Shown here: positions 15,301 through 26,440 of the stretch, one piece after another | Numbering within the stretch: the first letter of the stretch is position 1 | Layout: each line of letters starts with the position of its first letter | DNA from: Phoronis australis | Taxonomy: Eukaryota; Animalia; Phoronida | NCBI GenBank assembly: GCA_002633005.1 | Contig: NMRA01000125.1 | Location: forward strand, 329,206-393,205 | Direction of reading: 5' to 3' | Length of the DNA: 64,000 nucleotides | Notes under the pieces: model-generated | What the model saw: only the letters and a program-made list of their open reading frames with translations | What the model was told of the DNA's origin: nothing | Databases searched by the model: none | Made by a program: the position numbers and the translations under genes

Positions 15301-18300
15301 TTTTGCAGTGAACTCAAACTTGCTATGCCTGCTTGTTTTGATTACGTAAATTGTCTGTCACAGTGGCTATGGTTACATATGGGTGGGTAGTGTCGATCTT
15401 GGAATGTTTCTCACTCTGCTAATACTAGAATTCCTAATAAAAAGTACAGACTAATAGCAGATATTAAGTACTGTTCATTTCATGTAGCATGGGGACTCAA
15501 CTAAGTTCCCTAAATCTTTTGTGTATTCGTTTCATTGCTTTCTCAAAGATGTAGTATTTTTTCTATTATTTTATCTTGATTGTGAGTTCCATTTTGACTA
15601 ATGACATTTCCCAATAACAAATTAAAAATTGAGACCTTAAGCACTTAGTCCTTAAATTAGGGGCGTTGCATGAAAAGATTCCTACTTATTTTCAGTAATA
15701 TTGAGAATTCAACGTAGACTTCACTCTCGATTTGTATCAAGCCAAAAGTTGACTTTGACTTAAAAATGAGACTCAAATATTAAGAACGTAAGAACAATCA
15801 GTGTTTTAACAAGTCCACACATACGCTGTAAATTTAGGAAACCTAGTTCAGTCCCTGTTTGGAACTGTTTCTTGAAACCGGGCACTGAGGCCCCTAAATC
15901 CATGGACACAAACACAAAAAGCTGTCATCAGGCTTTTTTGTGGCTTCCGCGAACGTTTTCATTTGAAAATTGTGGTTGGGCACCCCCTTATGACATCCTC
16001 TGCCCACCTATGTAATGCACTCTCAGAATTATGTGACTGAACTTAATAAGTTTATTTCTATCTTTGTAACAGTTGAGAGCATTTTCGTTGTTTCCATGAT
16101 GTGTGCTCTTGCGCAGGGTTTACGCCTTGACAATTGTCAGACCAGCTTGAATGGGAACTATATTAATTAGCATGCATAGCCTAGCACTTGTCATATTATT
16201 TAAAGTGGATAATGAAGCTGCATTTTGTCATTAGTAGCAAACTTTTGAGTTAGACACTATTCGCTTTAATGTTAGCCTCAACTTACTCACTCCATACTCA
16301 CATGAGAAGTAAACTCTGGGTTTGCAAAGAAGTAGTTATTTCTTAAGGTTGTGCTCTGCACATGTCAAACTAAGTTTTGGAGCCTTGTCATAAGCTGCAA
16401 TATGCTGTCACTTCTTTCAAAGTCCTGAAATCACCCTCAAATTGCCTCAGGAATAATTTCAGACCAATGTCACACCAATTTCATAATTGATAAGTGGTCT
16501 AAATTGCAAGTTGTTTTTGTAATGGAAAGCAAGTTTATAGGGGCTTTAACATTGTGTTTGTTTGATCATTGAAGACTGCACTGTCTGAGGATACTGAAGA
16601 CGAAGAGAATACACTGCAGCAACAATTTGTGAGTCTTGTTGAAGAGCTGGAAGCATACTTAGCCCCCATCACTGCAGGACTGGATCTGTTGTTCAGGTAA
16701 AAATGTACAGGAAATCAAATCTTGATGATAAGACACTCGGATATATTTTAGAGATTTGGTGTAATGGATGCTGATTTCATGTTGATTGGGATCAACTTTG
16801 CTCTCAGTCGTTGAAAAGTTTCCATCTTTTTGATGGGTTTGTCTTTTGGTATCAAAAGTAAATTAATTTATGTACTTATACTAGGTACAGTACACGACAA
16901 AGGTAAAGAAATAAAATTTCCTTGAATTTTAGTCCTGTCAGCTGATTTTAAACAAAATTGACTGCTTTACTAGCCATTCATCTCACCAGGGCCTATACGC
17001 AATAATGTCAGAATTACGAGTTATTCCCCATCACTTATCTTTTGTGGAATTTGCTGTCACGATGTGGGAAATTGACATTTTGTCCTATTATTTTTGGTAT
17101 ACTGTAACATACCTACCGGTATTTTGTTGTATACGAATAGGAGACTAACATATAATATTATTGGTTACCCTGATGTTGTATTTATTATTGTTTATTATCA
17201 TTCAGGCCACCGACTGCCACTAGTGCCACTAACAGTATTCATGGCAAGGACGCGGGCGGGAGCACCGAGGCCGTCATTCTAATGGCCGACCCCATGCTGA
17301 TGGAACTGCCGTTGGAGGCGATGTCCTCCCTCCAGTCTGAGAACATTGTTTCTCTGAGTCGCGACTTCTCACTGCAGATGTTGTACCATCGGTTCCATCA
17401 GGAGCCGGTGGTGGAGGAGACTGATAAGAAAGACAAGAAGGGAGGTGGTGACAAGAACAAGCCACCGTCTAGGATCCCTGGCTTGAGAGATGCCAGTAAA
17501 AAGCAGGCTAAGATTGTGAGTGTGACACAATTGAGGTTGATGGTTTTCTTCTCACCAAAAGTCAAAAATCCTTAATGCGTTGGGAATTTCCGACTTAGTC
17601 ATGGATTCCATGTTCTTCACAGCTCAATTTGACTCGTTGCTGTTACGAATTTGGATTTTGATGTGGTGTGAAAAATGCCACGAGTTTGAACTAGGAATTT
17701 GAAAATTGGTCGTCTATTCAGCTAAACAAGACAAAAAGATGTTTTGCTCCAGTTCAGGTTTAATTACCGTATTCGCAGTAATAACCGCCCAGGGCCCTTT
17801 ATAGAAAAGTTCGTTTCAGGGGGGCGTTTATTGTAACCCAAAATTACGATCATTTTATAGAAAATTGTGCTGAAATCCCAGGGCGAAAACTCGCCGACTG
17901 ACTGCCTCAAAATCGCCGTCTTAGATATGACGACTTCAATGCTTGAATAAAAATGGTTTCGACTCAAACAAATTACCTGAAATCCTCATTAAGTTTTATA
18001 AGTAGCGTCTCTAAGATTTTTTAAGTTCCCGTGGAGTCTGGATTAACGGCAGGTTTAAGTACAAATCTGTGCAACATCATGCCATCTACATGTACATGTA
18101 TGATCGGCAACACGGCAAGAAAAATGTATGGATGAACGCACATGTTGTTGCACGTGACGTTTGTTTTGAAGTTCGTCTGCGAGTAAGCGAGCGCATGCGT
18201 GTCACCAGAGTTCATATGCCAAACCAGAGACCGTCTTTTGGCCAGAGTCACGCAATCTAACGAGCTATATGTGTCTAAAGAAATTTACACAAGCAGTAGG

Positions 18301-21300
18301 CTTAAACCAGAGCGCGTTTCATTCAGCACTTGCCGGTCTCGTGCTAAAACCTTTTGACATTTGTCTCGGTAAGGCCCATATTAGTCGCCGTGTAGCTGGA
18401 TGCGTACGTAACTATCTGACAGTTATTTTTCGGTGTAAGGGTGTGTAAGCATTCACTGTCAGTTGTCATTTTATCGGAAATTCGGCTTAAAAACACCAAT
18501 TATGGTTAATCGAACAATCCATCTCAAAAATAACGCAAACATGTTTTATAGTGTTAGAAATTGTCGGAAATTAGTGCCAATATTCATTTCTTATCGATGC
18601 TATGCTACCCGTTTCATGAATGCATAGTTCCTGACTAATGTCTTTGATGACAGGTTCATGTATGTAGCGCGCACTTCCTGGCCAGGTGTGTTTAACACCG
18701 AGTTATTTTTATTCATGAGATAGTCGATGTGTCTACTGAAAGGTCAGACCATAGTGGGACACAGTCGTCGCGAGAGCGTAGCAACGCTGTTGCGTTCTTT
18801 TTGAAGCGCTGCATTACTTTGAAGTGTAAAGTCAAGGATAAATACAAAAGTAGCAGTGCCGCTGGTGGTCTAGAAGAACCGTGCAAAAATTTTTTGATAA
18901 ATTGAAGACGTTACTGTAGCCGAGTTTCAGGACTGTAGGTACGTCATTTTTTGCATGTACAGGTTCATGGACTTGGCGCTTATTTCAGCAAAGTCTGAAA
19001 ACGCATGAGGGGGCGCTTATAGGGGCATGGGCGGTTATTATGGCGAATAGGGTACTGATAATATAGCTTTAGATAGAAACCCCTCTCATAAGATGAATGA
19101 CTGTGAATTTTCAAGCATGTTCAAGAACTTTTGAAACTCCTATAGAGTTTGAGTATTTTGTTGTGAAGAACACTGGCAGTATGAATTATGTTGAATAAAT
19201 TTTCTTAATTTCTGAGCTATGAGCAATAAATAGCAGATGCATTTGATTTTTTAGTAGTTCACATGTTTTTATATAATTTTTTTAGATTCCTCTGGACCGG
19301 ACTCCACCCCCAGGCGCCATGCCTATAGATACCAACAACTTCAGATGTATCCTTTTATGTTGTGGCTATAGTATGGAACTTTGTGATCATGTCAGTGTTG
19401 TTGTCCTACTGAACAAAATGTAAAACTTGTGGTGTTTGATTGGGTTCACAGCGGGCATTTAGAATCCCACTATGATGGTATTTTTGATTTCTGTGGAATG
19501 TAATTATTGCACAGTCAGTGCACTTTAGCCAGATGTCTACAAAAGCGTAGAATTTATCTGTCCGTATTTATTTTCCGAGAGAAGAAAATGTGCAGAATTT
19601 TATTTTTGACTTCATAGCAATTTTCTATTGATTGGTTTGTGTGACCGTGTNTAAAAACACCAATTATGGTTAATCGAACAATGCATCTCAAAAATAACGC
19701 AAACATGTTTTATAGTGTTAGAAATTGTCGGAAATTAGTGCCAATATTCATTTCTTATTGATGATATGCTACCCGTTTCATGAATGCATAGTTCCTGACT
19801 AATGTCTTTGATGACAGGTTCATATATGTAGCGCGCGCTTCCTGGCCACGTGTGTTTAACACTGAGTTATTTTTATTCATGAGACAGTCGATGTGTCTAC
19901 TGAAAGGTCAGACCATAGTGGGACGCGGTCGTCGCGAGAGCGTAGCAACGCTGTTGCGTTCTTTTTGAAGCGCTGCGTTACTTTGAAGTGTAAAGTCAAG
20001 GATAAATACAAAAGTAGCAGTGCCGCTGGTGGTCTAGAAGAACCGTGCAAAAAATTTTTGATAAATTGAAGACGTTACTGTAGCCGAGTTTCAGGACTGT
20101 AGGTACGTAATTTTTCGCATGTACAGGTTCATGGACTTGGCGCTTATTTCAGCAAAGTCTGAAAACGCATGAGGGGGCGCTTATAGGGGCATGGGCGGTT
20201 ATTATGACGAATAGGGTACTGATAATATAGCTTTAGATAGAAACCCCTCTCATAAGATGAATAATTGTGAATTTTCAAGCATGTTCAAGAACTTTTGAAA
20301 CTCCTATAGAGTTTGAGTATTTTGTTGTGAAGAACACTGGCAGTATGAATTATGTTGAATAAATTTTCTTAATTTCTGAGCTATGAGCAATAAATAGCAG
20401 ATGCATTTGATTTTTTAGTAGTTCACATGTTTTTATATAATTTTTTTAGATTCCTCTGGACCGGACTCCACCCCCAGGCGCCATGCCTATAGATACCAAC
20501 AACTTCAGATGTATCCTTTTATGTTGTGGCTATAGTATGGAACTTTGTGATCATGTCAGTGTTGTTGTCCTACTGAACAAAATGTAAAACTTGTGGTGTT
20601 TGATTGGGTTCACAGCGGGCATTTAGAATCCCACTATGATGGTATTTTTGATTTCTGTGGAATGTAATTATTGCACAGTCAGTGCACTTTAGCCAGATGT
20701 CTACAAAAGCGTAGAATTTATCTGTCCGTATTTATTTTCCGAGAGAAGAAAATGTGCAGAATTTTATTTTTGACTTCATAGCAATTTTCTATTGATTGGT
20801 TTGTGTGACCGTGTGTTTTTGGCAAATTAAACTAAAACAATTTGTGTTTGTAGCTAAACAACAGTAGCAATAGCATTGCAAAAAACACAAATTCAAGATC
20901 GAAGTTCAGAAACTCTAAATATTCTAGTTTTGACATTTTTGTTTTTGTTTCATGGCATTTTAGATTTTATTTCATAATTAGTCCCAATTTTTATGGCACC
21001 TTATATGAAAAATGAAAGATAGTAAAAATCAATTCTATACGGTGTTTTGGTAGACAGTGCATGAACTGCAGCAGGGGAAAGTCCCTTTGAATCTGGTCGG
21101 CCATTTTGAAGTTGGGATGTGAGCCAGAGTTTGGCTCATTCACTCAGCTGCATAAAATACACTGCATGAGCAAATGAAGTGATTCAGTAGGTGAGTGTAT
21201 GAATCACTCCTCAAGTTTTATCTGATGGTGATCGTGGTTGTCTTGCATCTTCGACTCTTCCAAATTCTTCACGTAAACTCCGATTGGCTGTTATGCGCTT

Positions 21301-24300
21301 TTCATGTCAATAACCATTGTTTACTCAAAATAACAAATTCTCATTGGCCAGAGTCCATTCTTGAACTTTTAGCTAGCTGTGTCACAGCTAGATATGAGAT
21401 ATCACGCAATGAGATTTCAGCTCACAAATAGCATAAAACTACGTCCCTGTAACAAAAATATTGCGGAATGGAGTCAGTTTTCAACACTCAGGTAAACTAC
21501 CATGCCAACTAATGTTTAGGCCAGCAACCAGTCAGCTATCATCCTTAACTGGTCCTAAGACATGGTGGATACCAACTTGGAGTGTTCTGAGACAGAGCAG
21601 CATGCACCAATAGATGTCTTTAACTCAGTCTTAAACAAATATTCTCAGCAGTTCACCACTCGCTGGCTCGGCGTGATGGGAAATGAGCATGTGCCAAGGT
21701 ACAGTCGTGTTATTTCAGCGGTTTCTGTTAGACACTGCGCAGAACTTGTCGAGAGTAATACTTAGCTTCACATGTTGTCGTGCATTGCAATAAGTAACAG
21801 TTGTAAATCTGAAGTGTGACTTCTGAGTGACTCATTTGAGTCAGATACATTTGGGTTAACTCGGTGCATCTCGTCACAAAATTTGGATAGAGCTGCCTTA
21901 GAGAATATCCTATTGACTTTGTTACAGGTATTAGCCAGTTTTTATGGGAATGCGGTTGACTTGACTACATGACAATATTTTAAAAATGGCCATTTTGGCA
22001 AGATGCTGTACGAAATAAGTGGAAAATTGCCATACCAATATTTTCTCTGATAATTTCTGTTTTCTGTCAGAGTTTGGCCATCGTTGTTTTGAATGGTTTT
22101 CCAGTGTTGGTGAATGGGAGATCTACCTTCAGGAGGGATCAGCCATGATATTCTTTGGAATGGAGCGATTCATGTCGTACATTCCTCCTTCCAAACTTGT
22201 GTCGCTGAATATTCCAGGTAAAGTTTATAGACAAGAATGATGGCGATGCTTATGGATGGACCTTTTCCGTTACTGATTATGGAATATATGTTTTCAGCAC
22301 CATCTGTTAGCTGGAAATGTAGATGTATGTTCTCTCACAGACTGGTTTCATTGGTTGGTTTCATTCAAGTGGGATCACTGATGTCCCACAATCCATTGCA
22401 GATATCCCACAAATCTCTAAACTTAAGAAGGTCTATGCTGTGATGAGGTGACAATGACAGTGGTCCTGATGATGATGATGACAATAATTATTGACTATTA
22501 GGATGATGTTTACTGCAACAACGATATTGGCAAATTTGTCTACTAATTAATTGATCTGTGGATGATGTTTCATTGAATGTCACTCTTATGTTTAGGTTAA
22601 AAAAACTAATCACTTAAAAAATGCACATTGTAAACATTATAAAGTCCTGCCCATAATCACAACTTACACTTATGTCCTTTCATTCAGAGGTTGACGAGGG
22701 GATTGAGATTGACCTGGGGGGAGTTGAAAAGCAGCAAAATGTGGGAGTCGGGTGGAGGTCAGAAAGGGTTCTGCCATTTCGAAATTATTTAAGATGTTTT
22801 ATACTTCATTTGTTTTTGGTCATTTTCTCACACCTTCATTGTATTGTGGTGAATTCTGTTTCTGGCTTAATTGTAATGAAGTGAAATGTCTTTATAGATT
22901 GTGTTGCTCTGTTTTTATTCGACTTGGCTCAGACAAGCAAGAGTTTTACCCGTCAGTCAAAGGCCGATGTCCTAAAGAAGTAAGTTAAGAACATTCATTG
23001 ACTTTTTTGGATATACTTCTTCTTTAATTCTTTGTAAGTTTTCTATTATTACTGAAATATTGCAGACATGTTGCAAGATTTTTTGTTTCGCGGCATTTTA
23101 CAAGGAAATGTAACATATAATAGAATATCTGGTTTGAAAATTTAAGTCCCGTGACTCCCAATTTGGTGGTGAAAAACAGTGTGGCCAATGAAGACCATAT
23201 CTGTCATTAATTTATTGAAAGGGAACTGGTAGAGTGATGCCTCGACAGTTTTGGTTTCCCTGCGCAGCAGTGATCATTGCTCCACCTAGTGATCAAATAA
23301 CTTCTGAAGACATGATAGCTGTTGCCAAAACTATCAGAGTATCAGTTTGACTCTAAGAAAATAACTTATTATCTGTACGTCGAATCTATTATGTAGAGAT
23401 GTTTCTACTGTTGTAGCACTGACCATATGGAGCTTGAGAAACCTGTTGAATCGGTCATGCTGTCTAGCTTGACTGGTGTGAAGACCATTGTGGCCAACCA
23501 GTGGCACTGTACGCTGGAGGAGAATGGAGACAAATTGCAGGTCCTCATGCAGGGTAAGGGCTCACTCATGTCAAAGGTCATATTTTGATGCCTTACAGTT
23601 TGTTCTGGAACAGCATTCTTGTGGCACAAGAAATAACAGAGAGATAGCATTGCGTTTCTTGTGCTCAAAAGTGTTAGATCCCTTTGATGGCAACACTGTT
23701 TTGAAATAGTTTGTCCTTTTTTGCTATCAAATTAGTTTTTACTAGAATGGCATTTTTGTGCTAGCTGCATTTCACCATGTGTAGGTGCTAAAATATGAAA
23801 AGCATTTTAGTATCATGATGAAATTATTCTCAAATTTTTCATTTTATAGAGCGAGTGGTCACATTCAAAAGCCGCTCATCCGAGCCCATTGCACCAAACA
23901 TCTGAGTCCATTTCAATTTACTAATAAACACAGATAGAACATATAGATATACAAAGATATTAAGACTGAGCTGAGGAGCTAGAGACCTGACTCAGTGGGC
24001 TCCAATGGTATTTGAACCCACCACCTTGTGAACCCACCACCTTGTGAACCGACCACCTTGTGAACCCACCACCTTGTGAACAGGAGTCAGACACTTAATC
24101 CACTTGGCCACGTTGTCTCTGCCAAATTTGTGTTTACCTGAATAGTTTCTGTTTTCTGTTGTCAAGAAGAACATAAAACCCTCAACATGTAAGAAATCAC
24201 GACATTAATTTATAGCAGTTGGCCAACCATAAATTCGAAAAAGGGCAGAGGGAAATTCCATTCGAGTATAGGTCAGTCGCATTATCCATCAATGACCATT

Positions 24301-26440
24301 TCCATTTATTTTAGTACATAACACCGATGACTCCAGTTAACCTAGTTACTAAATCGCTTTTGTTTGTGTGACAAGATTAAGTGTGTAATTGAAGATGATG
24401 GCACAGAGATAAATGACGGAAAATGCCTTGACAGATATTGTGTCACCTTAGCTCAGATGCTGTGTCGCCCTGTCTCAGGTACTGTGTCGCCCTGGCTCAG
24501 GTACTGTGTCGCCCTGGCTCAGACACTGTGTGGCCCTGGCTCAGATACTGTGTCGCCCTGGCTCAGATACTGTGTGGCCCTGGCTCAGATACTGTGTGGC
24601 CCTGGCTCAGAATACTGTGTCGCCCTGGCTCAGATACTGTGTCGTCGTGGCTCAGATACTATGTCGCCCTGGCTCTTGTGCATTGTTTAGAACTTTACTT
24701 ACCCACTCATTCATCACCAATTTGGGGTTGCTGAGATGTGATGTTTTCAAACATTGAAACTCTTTTGGTTTACTACTGAAAATTTGTTTTAAGTGACTAG
24801 CAAACAGGCAAAATGCAAGAATCAGGATCAAATTGTTCTTCTGGTATTCACAATGTTCATGGCTACTATTTCGGCGTAGATCCAATATCGGAACAAATTA
24901 TAACAGTGGAAGAGTTCAAGCCTGGGAAGCATGGCGTTGCTATTCCAGTTTTAAAAATTGTGAGATCCGTCTGCTTTGTACAACTATTTTAGCATGTAGA
25001 CCAGTGTTAGTGAGGCGTCTAGTATTTGTGTGAAAAAGAGTTAAAGGAGGGATATTGTTATGTTGTTCCCACTTTGAAGATTCTTAGATTCATTTTCATG
25101 ACTTAACTGTCATAGGCAGCAATTGTTTTGATGCACGGGAATAAAAAAACAAATAGTTATAAAAAAGTGCTTTGATTTGTTTTTATTAAGACTGAAGGTT
25201 TGCAACGTACATAGTAGTCCATACAACAGTAGCCCATAAATTATTCACATTAAGCAACTCTCTCTTCACAATCTAGTTTATTTAACTGTGTATCAAAATT
25301 AGATGACAGTCTTGTCCTGGGCATACAACCTTTGACAAAATGGACCCCACCATTTTAACATTTTCAACTCCAGGCATCAGCAAGTTTCTAGATCAAGCCT
25401 AGTCCAGATATCCATTGATGATGTTTTCCTGTGCTCTTTTGTCCAATATCATGACTCACAAACTTTTTTAAGCGTTCTGGGTTTTTTTTTGTCCGTCATC
25501 ACGACTTGTAGACCTATCTATCACAGGGTTCAACGAATCAAAAAAATATCAATGGGTACCAGAGAAATGAAACTTTGCACATTTAATTTCAATTTGGCTA
25601 ATTTTTATTGTTTTTATTCAGGGAAAATGACCCTAACGTAGATTCTTATAAGGAACACAATTTTAGAAGCCAAGTAGTTTGAAAAATGGCCAGCTTTAGT
25701 CCATGATGTATCAGTTTATTTTATAACCCTGAAGCCATCATTAATGTAGTTTGCTCGACTACACACTACAGGACCATAGATCAGATGCCCTGATAAACTT
25801 AGGACTCTTGACGTAACCGGTAATTGTACAATTTATTGATGGAGTACAAGTTGACTTGAAACTAATCAAGTTTCTAATATTAATTCTTCCAGACAACTCT
25901 TGTTTGTGAGTGTGCATCATGGCATGATGGGAAATTACTAGTAATTGTACAGTGCAAACTCGCATGATTATTTCACCAGATTCCGTAGCTGTCAAAAACA
26001 TTTCCCTCAAAATTCTTGTAACATTTACAGGTATTTTTCAGTGTCACAGAGTGCAATGTATTGAATTTAGTGTGCATTGGGGGCGAGTACCTAATCTTAG
26101 AGATATGAGAAAAACAGCATTTTATGGTGATTTGCTTCTAGATTTGTTGGAGAGTGGAAAGACAACTGGCCAAGGAGTACGTCTGCTGTTCACTCCATAC
26201 AGGAGAAAAACTGAAGCAGACGAACAGATAGAGAATGAGGAACAGGAAGGGCAGGCCAAACAAGAAGGACAAACCAAACAGGAAGTGTTGCAGGACAGCG
26301 TTACCGAGGAAACAAGTGAACCGTTACCAAGTGAACAAGTCGAGGAAGAGGAACAGATTGATCCAGCCAGTGAGCGCCGTATGTCTTGGTTTAACACTGT
26401 CTGCTATGGCCTTCCGAATATAGTTGTTGTGCAAATGTAA
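229..26440 (+). CDS. CFAP46: Cilia- and flagella-associated protein 46 (TTC40)-like gene, 3' portion; the 5' exons lie upstream of the window
   Basis: I spliced 24 AG/GT-bounded exons by hand into one stop-free frame with all phases consistent: 229-350, 731-838, 1178-1276, 2197-2303, 3125-3215, 4347-4490, 4741-4821, 5138-5284, 6478-6548, 7416-7494, 8005-8091, 9290-9421, 9847-10026, 10694-10876, 11252-11432, 15022-15215, 16575-16696, 17206-17515, 19286-19346 (or its duplicate 20450-20510), 21560-21698, 22105-22217, 22898-22979, 23417-23553 and 26142-26440. The peptides YQPAREMLNEA, ADPMLMELPLEAM..VSLSRDFSLQML, IVANQW and terminal FNTVCYGLPNIVV match my recollection of metazoan CFAP46. Confidence 0.88.
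731..838 (+). CDS. CFAP46: CFAP46-like exon (AFEDKPLIADILYNFAQLSFSEAQFGQAVNLCQEAQ), TPR-like helix pair
   Basis: ttcag acceptor, gtaagt donor, phase 0-0. Confidence 0.85.
1178..1276 (+). CDS. CFAP46: CFAP46-like exon (ASHNGDEMFWYKTTDLSIEAML...)
   Basis: ctag acceptor, gtaaat donor, phase 0-0. Confidence 0.8.
2197..2303 (+). CDS. CFAP46: CFAP46-like exon (ARGMIVDALNSFGEVADERLNKISITGFIMAKLEA)
   Basis: ttcag acceptor, gtaagt donor, phase 0-2. Confidence 0.8.
3125..3215 (+). CDS. CFAP46: CFAP46-like exon (LGSVQAKITFTTQKNIIRPKVIRALKSACD)
   Basis: tttcag acceptor, gtacgt donor, phase 2-0. Confidence 0.75.
4347..4490 (+). CDS. CFAP46: CFAP46-like exon (KLDHASELLKDLKYYRDYLFVKKEQAAILTQIAKQMDVRDEKHAHFMM)
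   Basis: tttcag acceptor, gtctgc donor; lies inside ORF 4257..4529. Confidence 0.8.
4741..4821 (+). CDS. CFAP46: CFAP46-like exon (ALEILDEATSVAEKTTYCIQTLTSIQQ)
   Basis: ttgtag acceptor, gtctgt donor, phase 0-0. Confidence 0.75.
5138..5284 (+). CDS. CFAP46: CFAP46-like exon (SRNISLPVQREAAELEL...RRKGSIQK)
   Basis: Polypyrimidine tract plus ccag acceptor, gttaga donor; lies inside ORF 5102..5359. Confidence 0.85.
6478..6548 (+). CDS. CFAP46: CFAP46-like exon (TLQEITEDMPEYSDVEKKWMATT)
   Basis: ttacag acceptor, gtatgt donor, phase 0-2. Confidence 0.75.
7416..7494 (+). CDS. CFAP46: CFAP46-like exon (LIADQALSTMTKTHSMVLALPHLKAR)
   Basis: tttcag acceptor, gtaatt donor, phase 2-0. Confidence 0.75.
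8005..8091 (+). CDS. CFAP46: CFAP46-like exon (SLFNMGRCLRLLSTKSDPDPPSLWNVDDM)
   Basis: tttcag acceptor, gtaaga donor, phase 0-0. Confidence 0.82.
9290..9421 (+). CDS. CFAP46: CFAP46-like exon (AIIKLEESIIQEEVGEGEQAEEEHYPD...AKAK)
   Basis: ttag acceptor, gtaggt donor, phase 0-0. Confidence 0.75.
9847..10026 (+). CDS. CFAP46: CFAP46-like exon (VDRDTAVHYLSQANECLVQAINLSL...GQYDPGMCSQYMALYQ)
   Basis: ctag acceptor, gtaagt donor, phase 0-0. Confidence 0.87.
10694..10876 (+). CDS. CFAP46: CFAP46-like exon (SCLSGQYLQNLLERSQGDAATSQLAALIHQR...ENDWQ)
   Basis: ttacag acceptor, gtatgg donor, phase 0-0. Confidence 0.87.
11252..11432 (+). CDS. CFAP46: CFAP46-like exon (AWKKISVSPNHLELLKEFPTNFNLVILQHSPDKEYLYGAIL...)
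   Basis: cacag acceptor, gtaggt donor, phase 0-1. Confidence 0.87.
11675..11895. repeat. Diverged ~90 bp tandem repeat, about 2.4 copies (unit begins tagtcctgtcttaactaaactaatgccaacc)
   Basis: The unit recurs at about 11675, 11767 and 11857. Confidence 0.75.
12926..12961 (+). CDS. Candidate 36-nt symmetric (phase 1-1) cassette microexon, KYSMAQNPKCTQ
   Basis: ttttcag acceptor and gtatgt donor; open in the phase needed between exons ending 11432 and starting 15022; not required to keep the frame. Confidence 0.4.
15022..15215 (+). CDS. CFAP46: CFAP46-like exon (LSKAKVVRIKTDARTIDSLTERF...KEERPE)
   Basis: tttgcag acceptor, gttggt donor, phase 1-0. Confidence 0.83.
16575..16696 (+). CDS. CFAP46: CFAP46-like exon (TALSEDTEDEENTLQQQFVSLVEELEAYLAPITAGLDLLF)
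   Basis: aag acceptor (exact 5' edge less certain), gtaaaa donor, phase 0-2. Confidence 0.75.
17206..17515 (+). CDS. CFAP46: CFAP46-like exon (...VILMADPMLMELPLEAMSSLQSENIVSLSRDFSLQMLYHR...KQAKI)
   Basis: ttcag acceptor, gtgagt donor; contains ORF 17282..17575. Confidence 0.9.
17767..19052. mobile_element. Non-autonomous Tc1/mariner-pogo-like DNA element (~1.29 kb) in a CFAP46 intron
   Basis: Left end TA|CCGTATTCGCAGTAATAACCGCCC and right end GGGCGGTTATTATGGCGAATAGGG|TA form an imperfect TIR of about 24 bp with flanking TA; no transposase ORF. Confidence 0.75.
18488..20814. repeat. Near-identical tandem duplication (18488-19650 / 19652-20814) joined by a single N; probable assembly or haplotype overlap
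   Basis: Offset 1164 bp, scattered SNPs only, N at 19651; the second copy starts in the middle of the transposon. Confidence 0.85.
20450..20510 (+). CDS. CFAP46: CFAP46-like 61-nt exon (IPLDRTPPPGAMPIDTNNFR); identical copy at 19286-19346
   Basis: ttttag acceptor, followed by the U12-type donor GTATCCTTTT. Confidence 0.82.
20511..21559 (+). other. U12-type (minor spliceosome) GT-AG intron
   Basis: 5' site GTATCCTTTT; branch site TCCTTAAC at 21542-21549 ends 10 nt before the exon start; no polypyrimidine tract; splicing restores the frame (NNFR-Y-MVDTN). Confidence 0.88.
21560..21698 (+). CDS. CFAP46: CFAP46-like exon (YMVDTNLECSETEQHAPIDVFNSVLNKYSQQFTTRWLGVMGNEHVP)
   Basis: U12-type acceptor, gtacag donor. 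Confidence 0.85.
22105..22217 (+). CDS. CFAP46: CFAP46-like exon (SVGEWEIYLQEGSAMIFFGMERFMSYIPPSKLVSLNIP)
   Basis: ttccag acceptor, gtaaag donor, phase 2-1. Confidence 0.87.
22898..22979 (+). CDS. CFAP46: CFAP46-like exon (DCVALFLFDLAQTSKSFTRQSKADVLK)
   Basis: ttatag acceptor, gtaagt donor, phase 1-2. Confidence 0.85.
23417..23553 (+). CDS. CFAP46: CFAP46-like exon (TDHMELEKPVESVMLSSLTGVKTIVANQWHCTLEENGDKLQVLMQ)
   Basis: ttgtag acceptor, gtaagg donor, phase 2-1. Confidence 0.87.
24014..24081. repeat. 16-bp minisatellite (GAACCCACCACCTTGT), about 4 copies
   Basis: Tandem units directly visible. Confidence 0.9.
24432..24674. repeat. 22-bp minisatellite (CAGATACTGTGTCGCCCTGGCT), about 11 copies
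   Basis: Tandem units directly visible; they explain the three repetitive ORFs at 24364-24757. Confidence 0.92.
26142..26440 (+). CDS. CFAP46: CFAP46-like terminal coding exon (DLLESGKTTGQGVRLL...acidic linker...FNTVCYGLPNIVVVQM*)
   Basis: ttctag acceptor in phase 1; TAA stop at 26438-26440. Confidence 0.87.

Noticed and set aside
24364-24757. Cys/Trp-rich repetitive ORFs
   Set aside because: They are translations of a 22-bp intronic minisatellite in all three frames
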